Below the pieces are notes generated by a model. That model saw nothing but the letters and a program-made list of their open reading frames with translations, did no database searches and was not told the origin of the DNA. From Sedimentisphaerales bacterium (lineage in GTDB: Bacteria; Planctomycetota; Phycisphaerae; Sedimentisphaerales; Anaerobacaceae): 64,000 nt of DNA. Positions 1 to 9,900 of the stretch are shown piece by piece (within the stretch, counting starts at the first letter, position 1; every line of letters begins with the position of its first letter). Where the stretch lies: the NCBI GenBank assembly GCA_963708075.1, contig OY970194.1, positions 6,816,001 through 6,880,000 on the forward strand. The letters are read 5' to 3'. Position numbers and translations under genes: made by a program.

Positions 1-1107
1 CGCGAGTTCGGGCGCGGGCTGCTGCACGGCATCGCACGGTACTCGCGGCTGCACGGTCCCTGGCGGGTGTATCGCTGGCCGGGTGCGCTGGACTCGTTGC
101 TGCCGGAGTGGAAGCACCTGAAGATCGACGGGGCCATTGTCCGCGACGTCAAGGCGGTGGAGGGCATGGCCCATTCCGGCCTGCCCGTGATTTTCGCCCA
201 GCACAACAAGGACAGCTATGCGCCGTTCCCTGCGATCATCACCGATAGCGCCGCCATCGGGTACATGGCCGCCGAGCACTTTCTGGACCGCGGATTCCAG
301 AATTTCGCCTACTGCGGGCTCGAGGAGCTTCTCTGGTCGAGAAGGCGTGCAGAGCACTTCGCTCAGCGTCTGACACAGGCCGGTTTCGAGGTCAATGCAT
401 ACAGCCAGCCGGTCTCGAGGGCCGGCCGCAATTCCGGCAAGGGGCAGAGCCGCCTTGCCGACTGGCTGCGACGTCTGCCCAAGCCGGTGGCGGTCATGTG
501 CTGCAATGATGACCGGGCCCTGCAGGTCGTCGAGGCCTGCAAGGCGGCGGACCTTCGCGTGCCCGACGACGTGGCCGTGCTCGGCGTCGACAACGACGTG
601 CTTGTGTGCGACCTGGCCGACCCGCCCATCTCCAGCATTGCACTGGACACGGAGACTGCCGGACATGAGGCCGCCAGGCTGCTGGACCAGCTCATGAAGG
701 GCGGCGAAATGGCCGGCCAGGAGATCCCGGTCCGCCCCACCCATATCGTGACGCGCATGAGCACGGACATCCTGACCGTGACCGATTCGGATGTCGCCGC
801 AGCGCTGCGATTCATCCGCTGCAATCCAAACCGCCTGATCCAGGTGGACGACGTGGTCGAGGCGACGAACGTGTCGCGCCGCGTGCTGGAGAAGCGATTC
901 AAGGCGATCCTGCGCCGCTCCGTGCACCAGGAAATCCGGAGGATTCGCGTCAACAACATCATCCCGCTGCTGGTGGGCACGGATATGAGCATCACGGAGA
1001 TCGCCCTGCACTGTGGTTTCGACGGCGTCGAGCACATCTCCCGCTACTTCCGCAAGGAAACCGGCGCCAGCCTCCGAGACTACCGCCGCCAACACGCGCC
1101 AAGATAG
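1..1107 (+). CDS. XylR-type transcriptional regulator (LacI-like sensor domain + AraC HTH), 5' end outside window
   Basis: Frame open from base 1 (REFGRGLLHGIARY...). Contains AAEHFLDRGF, CCNDDRA and LGVDND, plus C-terminal SITEIALHCGF...YFRKETG AraC motif. Confidence 0.9.
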   Translation, partial: REFGRGLLHGIARYSRLHGPWRVYRWPGALDSLLPEWKHLKIDGAIVRDVKAVEGMAHSGLPVIFAQHNKDSYAPFPAIITDSAAIGYMAAEHFLDRGFQNFAYCGLEELLWSRRRAEHFAQRLTQAGFEVNAYSQPVSRAGRNSGKGQSRLADWLRRLPKPVAVMCCNDDRALQVVEACKAADLRVPDDVAVLGVDNDVLVCDLADPPISSIALDTETAGHEAARLLDQLMKGGEMAGQEIPVRPTHIVTRMSTDILTVTDSDVAAALRFIRCNPNRLIQVDDVVEATNVSRRVLEKRFKAILRRSVHQEIRRIRVNNIIPLLVGTDMSITEIALHCGFDGVEHISRYFRKETGASLRDYRRQHAPR

Positions 1108-1135
1108 CATCACTCGCGATTGCCTGGATCGCACA

Positions 1136-2238
1136 TCATGGAAGTTTGCCCTGCAGCCACCGCAGCTCGGCGATGATAGAGTCCACCAGGGGCGGCTTGG
1201 AGCCCGGCACCATCGCGAAGGAATAGGTCTCCACTTCCAGGTGCTTGTTGCCGGTGGATAAGACCTCGCGCAAAAAGCTGTCCTCCAGCAGGTCCGCTGT
1301 GGACTGCACCGGCGGCGCACCCAGTTCAGCGGAACGTGGAAGTGGACCCGCCATTCGCCGTCGGGAGCCTGAGCAATCGCGTCGGGCAAATCCGCAAACT
1401 GCATGGGTTTCCCTTTGGCACGCACCCGCGTCTGGTGCAGGTAGGTGTCGTCGCAGAACGGTCGCAAAGATTCAGGATTCTGCGCCTCTGCATGTCGGGA
1501 CACGTCTATCTTCAAAGATGCCGATGTCTGGATCTTCGGGACGGCGATACCTGCAACAGAGAACTGGCGGAACCATCGCTTCGGCGATTCGAATACCACG
1601 GCGGCGTGACAGCAGTCGACGCAGACGCCGATGTATCGCTGTGCACGGAGGTCGCGGTCGAAGAGAATCTCAAAGAAATCGAGTGTTGAGGCCTCAGAGT
1701 CGAGCAGGCAATCCGGCTCGGGCTCAAGGGCCAGAATGACTCGCTTGCCGGTCTCCTGCTCGATCTTGGCCAGTTCATCCGCCATTGACAAGAGGCTGTT
1801 CATCGCCTCGGGCTTGGCCTGCTTGCCGTAGTGACACGGGACGGTCGAGATGGTGCCGGTCTCGCCTTCAGGCAGGAGCTTGGCCAGGATGCGGGCCAGG
1901 TCCCGCGTATAGGCGGTCCGCTCGGGACATGTCCAATCGGGTAGATATACATCCTCCTTGACGCGCCGGCCGTGGAATTGGCCGTACGGGAAGCCATTGA
2001 TCGTCACGGCATAGAAACCGCTGTCATCGAGGAATGCTTTGAAGTCGTCGGTCATGGGCAACAATTCGCCGGCGGCGAGGCGGCTCAGCCGCAGTCCCAG
2101 GCCGAACGGCTCGCGCGGACAGACTGCGGCCTTCACGGCAGCGGCGTACTGCCGGATCGCCGACTTGACTTCCTCCAGGCTCTCGCCCGGATGGATGTTA
2201 AGACAATACATGAGATGATTGCCGTTTCCCAGCTTCAT
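1136..2238 (-). CDS. eboE: EboE-like TIM-barrel protein, one frameshift near 1321
   Basis: Manual translation from ATG 2238: MKLGNGNHLMYCLNIHPGES...TINGFPYGQFHG..VKEDVYLPDW...LALEPEPDC...YLHQ...EWRVHFHVPL. The tail HLEVETYSF...IIAELRWL lies in another frame (ORF 1136..1354). Confidence 0.85.
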
Positions 2239-3388
2239 GGTTATCCCGGCCGAAAGTCTCTTCCATCTCCTGCACGACGCGCTCGATCTCACCGTACGAC
2301 AGATCGTGTATCTGGCAACTGTTCCCCAGTTCCTTCGGCATGACGAGCGTCAGCTCGCCGCCGAGGTGCTCGCGAAACTCCTCCAGTCCATGGTAGACGC
2401 TCATCGTCCCGTCCTTTTCGCGATGGCCGAGTGCCGGATGCCATACCGGCAGACCCGTCGCCCGCAAGGCGTTGACGACCGCCGCATGGTCCTGCGGGCT
2501 GATCAGTCCACGGTCCCGGGCAATCCCCAGATCCAGAGTGATTCCGATGGCCACCGCCTCGCCGTGACGGAGCTCGTATCCGCTCCGCACTTCAAGGCAG
2601 TGTGCGCTCCAGTGGCCGAAATCCAGCGGACGTGCCGAGCCCGCCTCGAACGGATCGCCGCCCGTGGCGATGTGATCGGCGTGCAGCCTGGCGCAGCGCA
2701 TGATCGTCTCTTCCATGGCTCGCTCATCCCTCGCCTTCAGTGCCTTGGAGTGGTCGATCAAGAACGAGAGGAAACTGCGATCCTTGATGATGGCCACTTT
2801 GAACGCCTCAGAAACTCCCGCGATCCAGTCTCGTGGGGACAGCGTCTGCAAGAGGCTCAGGTCATTTATCACGGCCCACGGCGGTGTGAAGGTGCCCAGG
2901 AAGTTCTTGGCCCCGAGGAAGTTGATGCCGTTTTTCACTCCGATCCCGGAATCGCACTGCGCGAGCACGGTGCTTGGCAGGCGGATGTGGCGAATGCCCC
3001 GGTGGGTGATAGATGCCGCGAATCCCACGGCATCCAGGACCGCTCCGCCGCCCACGATCACGACGCACGAATGGCGGTCCAGATGGTGGTCTCGCAGAAT
3101 TCCCGCGATCCGCAGGAAGTATTCCGGGTCGTTCTTGCAGGCCTCTCCGCCCTGTACCGTGACAAGGGGGCAAGGCCTGATGCTATCCCGATGGTTATGC
3201 AGCCACTGTTCAATCTGGGGCCGCAGTTGGGGCTGGGCCTGCTCAAGCCCCGAATCCAGGAAGACAGCCACTTTGGGCCGGGACCCTTGGATCCGGCTCC
3301 GCAGCACGTCGTTGCCCGGGGTGAACACGTCCCGCGTAAAGCAGATCGCGTAGCGAAACGTAACCTGGATTTCCTGTTCCAGCTTCAT
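2198..3388 (-). CDS. eboD: 3-dehydroquinate synthase-like sugar phosphate cyclase (EboD-like)
   Basis: GGEACKN, VGGGAVLDAVGFAA, DSGIGVKNG and RPLDFGHWSAH motifs; ebo gene context. Confidence 0.85.
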   Translation of the reverse strand: MKLEQEIQVTFRYAICFTRDVFTPGNDVLRSRIQGSRPKVAVFLDSGLEQAQPQLRPQIEQWLHNHRDSIRPCPLVTVQGGEACKNDPEYFLRIAGILRDHHLDRHSCVVIVGGGAVLDAVGFAASITHRGIRHIRLPSTVLAQCDSGIGVKNGINFLGAKNFLGTFTPPWAVINDLSLLQTLSPRDWIAGVSEAFKVAIIKDRSFLSFLIDHSKALKARDERAMEETIMRCARLHADHIATGGDPFEAGSARPLDFGHWSAHCLEVRSGYELRHGEAVAIGITLDLGIARDRGLISPQDHAAVVNALRATGLPVWHPALGHREKDGTMSVYHGLEEFREHLGGELTLVMPKELGNSCQIHDLSYGEIERVVQEMEETFGRDNHEAGKRQSSHVLS

Positions 3389-3397
3389 CCTGCGATA

Positions 3398-4693
3398 TCA
3401 TCCCAAAAGAGTCTTGATGCTTCGGGCCAGCCCCAGCAGCGAGCTTGGATGCTCCGGCAACTCGACGTTTGACGCGAAGGCGACGGGCTCATCCGCATCA
3501 ACCCGGCCGTGCGTTCCTCGTATTCTGGACGGATTCTGCGAGACTCGCATCGGCGGCCACCCAAAGAACAGCTCACACGGGTCATAGCCGGGCTTGTTGT
3601 GGATATCCACGTGCGCGGCATAGTCCGGTGCTTCCCGCAGGTTGTCCCACCAGCGGTAGTCGAACCAGTATCCTCGCTTTGCCACAAGGATCAGATCGCC
3701 GCTCCGTGGATGCTCGATGCCCACCTCCGCCTTGGCCGGCCCATCGAGAACGCGATCTACACCCTCCAGAGCCTGCAACGATTCTCTCACAGCCTGCATC
3801 GTTCCCTTGTCCCACACGTGGACATGGGCGATCTGGTGATCCACGACGCAGAAAGCCTGACTGCCGGGCAGGTACGGGTACAGCATCCGCTTGACCTGTC
3901 TGGTCCGCAACCATCTTTGCTGCCGAAGCGTCCTGTTCGGAAAGACCACACCGGTGGCCCGGGTGATTGGATAATCGCCGAAGACGACGGCGTCGTAACC
4001 TTGGCTGCGAGACTGAGCGACCATGCGGGCAACCAGGGCATCGAGCTGCCGGCAAGCTCTCTCGGCTGCGCTGGAGTCCGGGCCGTATCTCTGCAGCGCG
4101 TAATCGAGGTGTGGGATGTAGCTGTAGAGCAGATTCGGGCGTTCGTGCGCCATGACGCTTTCGGTCGCAGCCGCAATCCATCGGCTCGAGCGGATCGAGG
4201 CCAGCGGACCCCAGTAGCTCTGGAGTGGGAAGACGCCAAGCTCTTTGTGCAGCCGGGTGTGCAATTCCTCAGGCAGCGCGATGCTTTCGAGGATCATCCC
4301 GCCGTGATGCTTGTGAATGGGCGCAGGCGAGTAGACGACATCCGCATCCGGCCCCAGTGACTGCTGAATGAAGAGTTGTCCGACGGTGCCTCCTCGCCGG
4401 CGCAGGTCGTCCCAAATGCGTGGACCCTGCATCAATCGGCTGCTCTGCTCCCAGAACAGAGGCTTCCACAACTCAGTGGAAAAGAACCCGTTGCCGACGA
4501 TCCCATGGTCACTCGCAGGCGCGGCCGTGCGCATTGTCGCCTGCACCGGGCAGGTCAGTGCGGGGAACATGCCCGTCATGGGTGTGGCGGCGAGACCTCC
4601 CAACTCGGCCTTGCCCAGGCTTCTGGTCAGGAAGTTGTACCCGAGTCCTGCCACCTGAAGGAGAAGGATTCTTCGCTCCATATCAACTCCCAT
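3398..4693 (-). CDS. eboF: Alkaline phosphatase superfamily nucleotide pyrophosphatase (EboF-like)
   Basis: FPALTCPVQAT, HGIVGNG, YIPHLDYALQR, VDHQIAHV, VDIHNKPGYDPCELF, RGTHG. Confidence 0.85.
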   Translation of the reverse strand: MGVDMERRILLLQVAGLGYNFLTRSLGKAELGGLAATPMTGMFPALTCPVQATMRTAAPASDHGIVGNGFFSTELWKPLFWEQSSRLMQGPRIWDDLRRRGGTVGQLFIQQSLGPDADVVYSPAPIHKHHGGMILESIALPEELHTRLHKELGVFPLQSYWGPLASIRSSRWIAAATESVMAHERPNLLYSYIPHLDYALQRYGPDSSAAERACRQLDALVARMVAQSRSQGYDAVVFGDYPITRATGVVFPNRTLRQQRWLRTRQVKRMLYPYLPGSQAFCVVDHQIAHVHVWDKGTMQAVRESLQALEGVDRVLDGPAKAEVGIEHPRSGDLILVAKRGYWFDYRWWDNLREAPDYAAHVDIHNKPGYDPCELFFGWPPMRVSQNPSRIRGTHGRVDADEPVAFASNVELPEHPSSLLGLARSIKTLLG

Positions 4694-5657
4694 GAAACCG
4701 CCTCGCCACGCCTTCAGCAGCGACGAACATCAGGACCAGAACGCCGACGGCGGATCGATTGAACCATGCGGGATTCTGAGCCAGGGAAAACGCAACGAGC
4801 AGAATCTGGAGCAGGATCAGGCCGCGAATCAGGGCGCCGATCTTCTTCGGTGTCTCCCCGGCATGCGGCCCCGGATCCGCGAGCGTTGTAGAGAGCCACC
4901 CGAGAAGGACGGCCAATGGAATTATCACGACGGGTGGAACGACCTGCAGGGAAAGGAATAATATCGGACTCGCGATCAGGACGACCGCCGGAGGCAGCGA
5001 CCATTTCCATCGCGCCGGTGGCCTATCCACTTCGCCATGAGCGAGCAGGCTCACACAGAGGATGTACAATGTCTCCAGTCCTGCTCCAACGAGAACCGGC
5101 GCGGAGGCCAGTCCACCCATGACGCCGGCTCCCAGAAGCACATTGCACCCGCGGCACAGGCCCATGACCGCGAACCCTGTGAGGGGAATCCTTCTGGCGG
5201 GACCGTTGTAGAGGAGGATAAGTCCAGAAAGAACGCAGGTCGTAATCCAGAATTGCGTCACGCCGGTCAAAAAGCTCAAGGCAATCGCTGCACCCATGAG
5301 CACCAGAGATGCAGTACAGGCGTGGGTGGCGCTGACTCTCCCTGAAGGTATAGGACGTTCCGGACGCTCCCTCGCGTCGGTGTGACGATCCATATAGTCA
5401 TTGAGAATCAGCCCGGACATGTAGAGCAGTAGAGAGGCCAAGACAGCGGGAAGCAGGAGGGACGCGTTCTGGGTGGCGATCCCTGCAAGGGCGGCTCCCG
5501 CCAGGATGTCACCAGGGATAGTGAAGAGATTGGGCGGACGCACCAGCTCCAGCCATCCCCGCAGACTGCCCGCCCGATGCGGCTGCACTCGCTCGATTAG
5601 GGCTGCCGCTGGTACTGAGATACGGGAATCGGGGCAATGTCGTAGTTGGGCTTCCAT
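4683..5657 (-). CDS. eboC: UbiA-family prenyltransferase (EboC-like); exact start uncertain
   Basis: LVRPPNLFT, LNDYMDRHTDARERPERPIPSG and MGLCRGCNVLLG motifs; multiple hydrophobic helices. Confidence 0.85.
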   Translation of the reverse strand: MEAQLRHCPDSRISVPAAALIERVQPHRAGSLRGWLELVRPPNLFTIPGDILAGAALAGIATQNASLLLPAVLASLLLYMSGLILNDYMDRHTDARERPERPIPSGRVSATHACTASLVLMGAAIALSFLTGVTQFWITTCVLSGLILLYNGPARRIPLTGFAVMGLCRGCNVLLGAGVMGGLASAPVLVGAGLETLYILCVSLLAHGEVDRPPARWKWSLPPAVVLIASPILFLSLQVVPPVVIIPLAVLLGWLSTTLADPGPHAGETPKKIGALIRGLILLQILLVAFSLAQNPAWFNRSAVGVLVLMFVAAEGVARRFHGS

Positions 5658-6439
5658 TTCGCAGATTGGCCGTAGAACTTGCTTGCGTTGTCGTGGAAGA
5701 GCATCTGGAGCGTTTGCTCGTCATGCCCATCCTGTCTCAGGAATTCGATGGTCTTCGGCAGTGATAGAGGGTCGGAAACCCCCCAATCCGCGCTGCCGTT
5801 GACGATCATCCGCTCGGCTCCATACTCTCGGACGATTTCCGACACCCGCTGAGGATTCAGCTTGGAATAGGGGTACACCGTGAGCCCGGTAAAACACGCC
5901 GTCTCACGAGTGATGGGCATTGTGTCCTCGGTGTTGTGGTCGATCTCGATGCGGCGTTGGGTGAGTCCCTCGGCCCGGATGATGTCCACCGTGATGCGAG
6001 CGCCTCGCGCTTTATCGAAATGCGGCAGGTGCACCAGCACGGGCATTTGTCGCGACTCCGCCATCAGCAGTTGCTTGCGGAATGCGTAAATCTCGTTTTC
6101 AGTAATGTTATTCAGGCCGATCTCCCCAACGCCCAGGCAACGGGGATGCTCCAGGTACTCATCCATGCCCGCGACCACCTCATCGACCAGCGCCCGGTTC
6201 TCCGCCTCTTTCGGATTGCAGGAGATACAGCAGAAGTGGTCGATGCCGTAGCGTGCCGCGCGAACGGGCTCGAAAGTCAGGAGCAGGTGGAAGTAGTCGA
6301 AGAAAGTCCCTGCGTACCGGCGGTTGGCGCCCAGCCAGAAGGAGGGCTCCACCACGACGCGGATGCCGGCCCGGTACATGGCCTGATAATCATCCGTCGT
6401 TCGCGAGTACATGTGAATATGTGGTTCGATGATGTACAC
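5597..6439 (-). CDS. eboB: TatD-family metal-dependent hydrolase (EboB-like)
   Basis: EPHIHMYSRTTDDY, NPKEA, VGEIGL, IDHNTE, SADWGVSDPL. Confidence 0.88.
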   Translation of the reverse strand: MYIIEPHIHMYSRTTDDYQAMYRAGIRVVVEPSFWLGANRRYAGTFFDYFHLLLTFEPVRAARYGIDHFCCISCNPKEAENRALVDEVVAGMDEYLEHPRCLGVGEIGLNNITENEIYAFRKQLLMAESRQMPVLVHLPHFDKARGARITVDIIRAEGLTQRRIEIDHNTEDTMPITRETACFTGLTVYPYSKLNPQRVSEIVREYGAERMIVNGSADWGVSDPLSLPKTIEFLRQDGHDEQTLQMLFHDNASKFYGQSAKWKPNYDIAPIPVSQYQRQP

Positions 6440-6649
6440 GGACGGTCCTCGTAATCATCCCAACGCAGTGCCCGCGCCTGCACGCGTGCGCCGGCACGTT
6501 TTACTCATCGGACGAGACCAGAGGCGTATTTAGCCAAAAGGCCCCTCACAAGGTCAGAACCTGAGGCGGTGGTCGTTGGGCAGCCTTAAACCGGCCCTGC
6601 CCAGGCGGGAAACGGCGCATGACCGCGGCAAGCGGAGAAAAGCTTGTGC

Positions 6650-6677
6650 TTGACTTTGCGGCGGTGGAAACTACAAT
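6650..6677 (+). promoter_or_regulatory. Putative sigma70 promoter upstream of S8 gene
   Basis: TTGACT-N16-TACAAT in the divergent intergenic region. Confidence 0.4.
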
Positions 6678-6974
6678 AACGATAGAGTCCTCGCGAGTGC
6701 AGGCGGTGGATCATTGCAGGAGCGAGGGAAATGTACGCCCGATGCGTTGGACTGCCTGTGTGGAGATGATGAACGTGCAGCGGCGGATCTAGAATCCGTC
6801 CGTACGGCGGAGGCTGGTCGTTTCAAGCCCTTTCCCAAAGATTGTATTCGGGGTGAGCCTGATATCCGGCCCCGTGAGGACCTGTTGCTGCCATCCCACA
6901 GACGCGGCGTGAGTCTCGTCCTGTCATACGGCCAAGACGATGGTATGCCGGGCGAGTGAGAAAGAAGGGACAAA

Positions 6975-9900
6975 ATGGCGACTGGGAGTGTGGAGATGAA
7001 CAGAACACGGCGGAATGAGCGAAGCAGAAGAATCCAATCGGCGGTTGTGGCGGCTGCCCTATTGATTGCGGGTGTCACCCTATCCGGAGCTCAGGTGTCG
7101 CAGCAGCAGGGGAGCGAAATCGCCTCTCCCGATGCGGGGACAGGACAAGCATCCCGGCTCTTACCCAACTATGCCCAGGGCGAGGTCATCGTCAAACTCA
7201 AGGAGTCGCGGACCGCCGGGATTCAGGCGTTGTCTCAGGAGGCGGCCCTGCAGAAGTATCGGGCGAGCCTCCTGCGCCTCCGGGAGAGGTACGGAGTGGA
7301 GGACCAGGGCCCGGTATTCCATCGCACGCGCGAGGGGCTGCGATACCGCGTCCTGAAGACGCAGCGGAGTGTCCCGGCCGTCTGTGCTGAGCTGAACGCC
7401 GACCCGGAAGTGGAGTATGCGCAGCCGAATTACATCTATCGACCCTGCCGGACACCGAACGATCCGGATTTCCCCGACCAGTACGCACACCAACTGATCC
7501 AGATGGAGGACGCGTGGGACATCAGCACCGGCAGCCATGACGTGATTGTGGCCGTCATCGGCACGGGCGTGGATGTCAACCATCCCGATCTGAAGGACAA
7601 CATCTGGGTGAACAAGGCGGAGGTCCCCGACAACGAACTGGATGATGACGGGAATGGGTACATCGACGACGTCCACGGCTGGAACTTCGGCGAATCCAAC
7701 AACAATGTCACGCCCGAGGCGGAGGACTATTACGAGGATATCATCAACCACGAAACGCAGGTCGCCGGCGTCATTGCCGCGGTGGGCAACAACGGCAAAG
7801 GGGTGAGCGGCGTCAACTGGCAATGCAGCATCATGGCGCTGAGGCTGGGCCTGGCCTACTATTCCGACGAGGTGGCGGCCGCCCTGGACTACGCCGCCGC
7901 CAACGGGGCCCGGGTGGTCAACATGAGCTTCGGCGGAGACGTCTTCGGCCCCGAGGGCGACAAGGTCGTCAATACGGCGATCGATAATGCCTATCAGAAG
8001 GGCGTCCTGCTGGTGGCCAGCGCGGGCAATTCAGACTCGAGCCGGCCGCATTATCCGGCCGCCTATCCCAACGTCATGGCCGTCGCCTCCACGAATGGCG
8101 AGGACCTCAAGACCGGCCATAGCACGTTCGGTCCCTGGGTGGATATTGCCGCCCCCGGCACGGACATCGTCACCACCGATCTCGGTAACGAGTACATTGC
8201 CACGGCGGGAACGTCCTTCTCTGCTCCGTACGTCGCGGCCGTGGCGGCCCTGCTATTTGCACATCGGCCCGGATTGACCCACGTGGAAGCCAGGGCCATT
8301 CTCGAAAACACGACCGACCCCATCGGCTACGGCGACGTCGATCCGAATCTGGGATACCTCGGCACCGGGCGGGTCAACGCCTACCAGGTCCTGCTGGCGG
8401 CGGATGAGAAGCTGCCTCTGGGCGAGATTGCGGCGCCAAAACCGAACCAGGTCTTTGCGCCGGATGTCAATGCCGTCGAGTTGTGCTTCTTCGTGCACGG
8501 CGACTCCTATCAGCTTGACTACCGCCTCTATGGGCAAGGCGAATGGACAAAGATCAGTGATGGCAATTCCCCGACGGACCCGAATGGTCTGGTGCGTGTC
8601 TCGTTGACGAATGTGGGCGTGGGGACATACGAGCTGCGTCTGCGCGTGAGCGTGGGTGGGCGCACGCACACGGATCGCAAGGTATTCGGCATCGAGATGG
8701 CGCCGGCCCAGGCCTATTGGCCCAAACCCGCGAAGCCGGTGGGGGAGGATGACATGCCGGAGGATATCTTTCTGGGCAGTCCGATCTGCATGGACGCGGA
8801 TGGGGATGGAGACAACGAGATCATCCAGTGTGCGGTGGACTGGTACAGCTACCTGGGCGGTGGAAAGGTGAACATTTGGAACGCCGACGGCAACTCTCTG
8901 CCCAATTGGCCTGTGGAATTCGCGTCGGATGATCCCTGGGCATTGACGGTCTTCATGCCTACCAACGTGGCCGTAGGTGACATTGATGGTGACGGCGGCT
9001 ACGAGGTGGTCGTTGCCTCCGAGTACGACAACCTGATGTACGCGTATCACGTTCAGAGCGGCAAGATCGTGGACGGCAACTGGCCCGCCCAATTTGGCAC
9101 GTGGGCCGGGACCCTGTCCGCGGGCCCTGTGCTGGCCGACCTCGATGGCGATGGGGATAGTGAAATCCTTCTGGCCCTCAATGCGGAATCGAGCGAGGAC
9201 GGTGGCTTGTACGCCTTCCATGGTGATGGCAGTCTTCTGTGGGAGCGGCGTTACACGTCGGAGGGCCCGATCAGCGTGGCCGACTTCGACGGTGATGGCG
9301 ATGTGGAGATCTCACTGTGCGGATATGGCCCGGGCCTGAGCCGAGTCTATACCTTCATCCTCGACCACCAGGGACAGCAGGTCGCACGGTGGAAAGGCGG
9401 CAGCCCGAAGGGAACGGCCGTTGCCGACATAGACGGCGACGGCAAGCAGGAGTTGATCTTCTGCACGGAGGAGGAGGTCACGGTGGGCCGTACCAACGGC
9501 AGCACGGTCTGGAAGAAGAAGGTGTCCGATCCGCTTGAGGAGGCCGGGAGTCTCACTGTAGGAGATACGGATGGCGATGGCTACGGCGAGGTCTACGTCG
9601 CCACGTACATCGCCGAGGCGGATGGCTTCGCCTTCACTCGTCTCTACGGCTTTGACTACAAGGGCCGCGAGCTGACAGATGCCGGTTTCCCGAAGATTGT
9701 CCTGGGTAGTCCGGCCAAGAGCGTTCCGTTGATCGCGGAGATCGACGGCGACGGGCAAAAGGAGCTGATCTTCGCCCCATGGGGCGAGCCGCTCATGGCG
9801 TGGGAGTCCGACGGCTCGGTCACGCCGGGATTCCCCATGCTGGGTCTGCCGGGGTTTGGCGAGGTCAGCCCCGCCGTGGCGGATCTCGATCAGGATGGCG

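Noticed and set aside
2198..3388. Housekeeping aroB
   Set aside because: The RPLDFGHWSAH motif and neighbouring genes fit EboD better; no shikimate pathway genes nearby.
6680..6975. Riboswitch in the long leader of the S8 gene
   Set aside because: No recognisable aptamer consensus or terminator by eye; needs an Rfam search.
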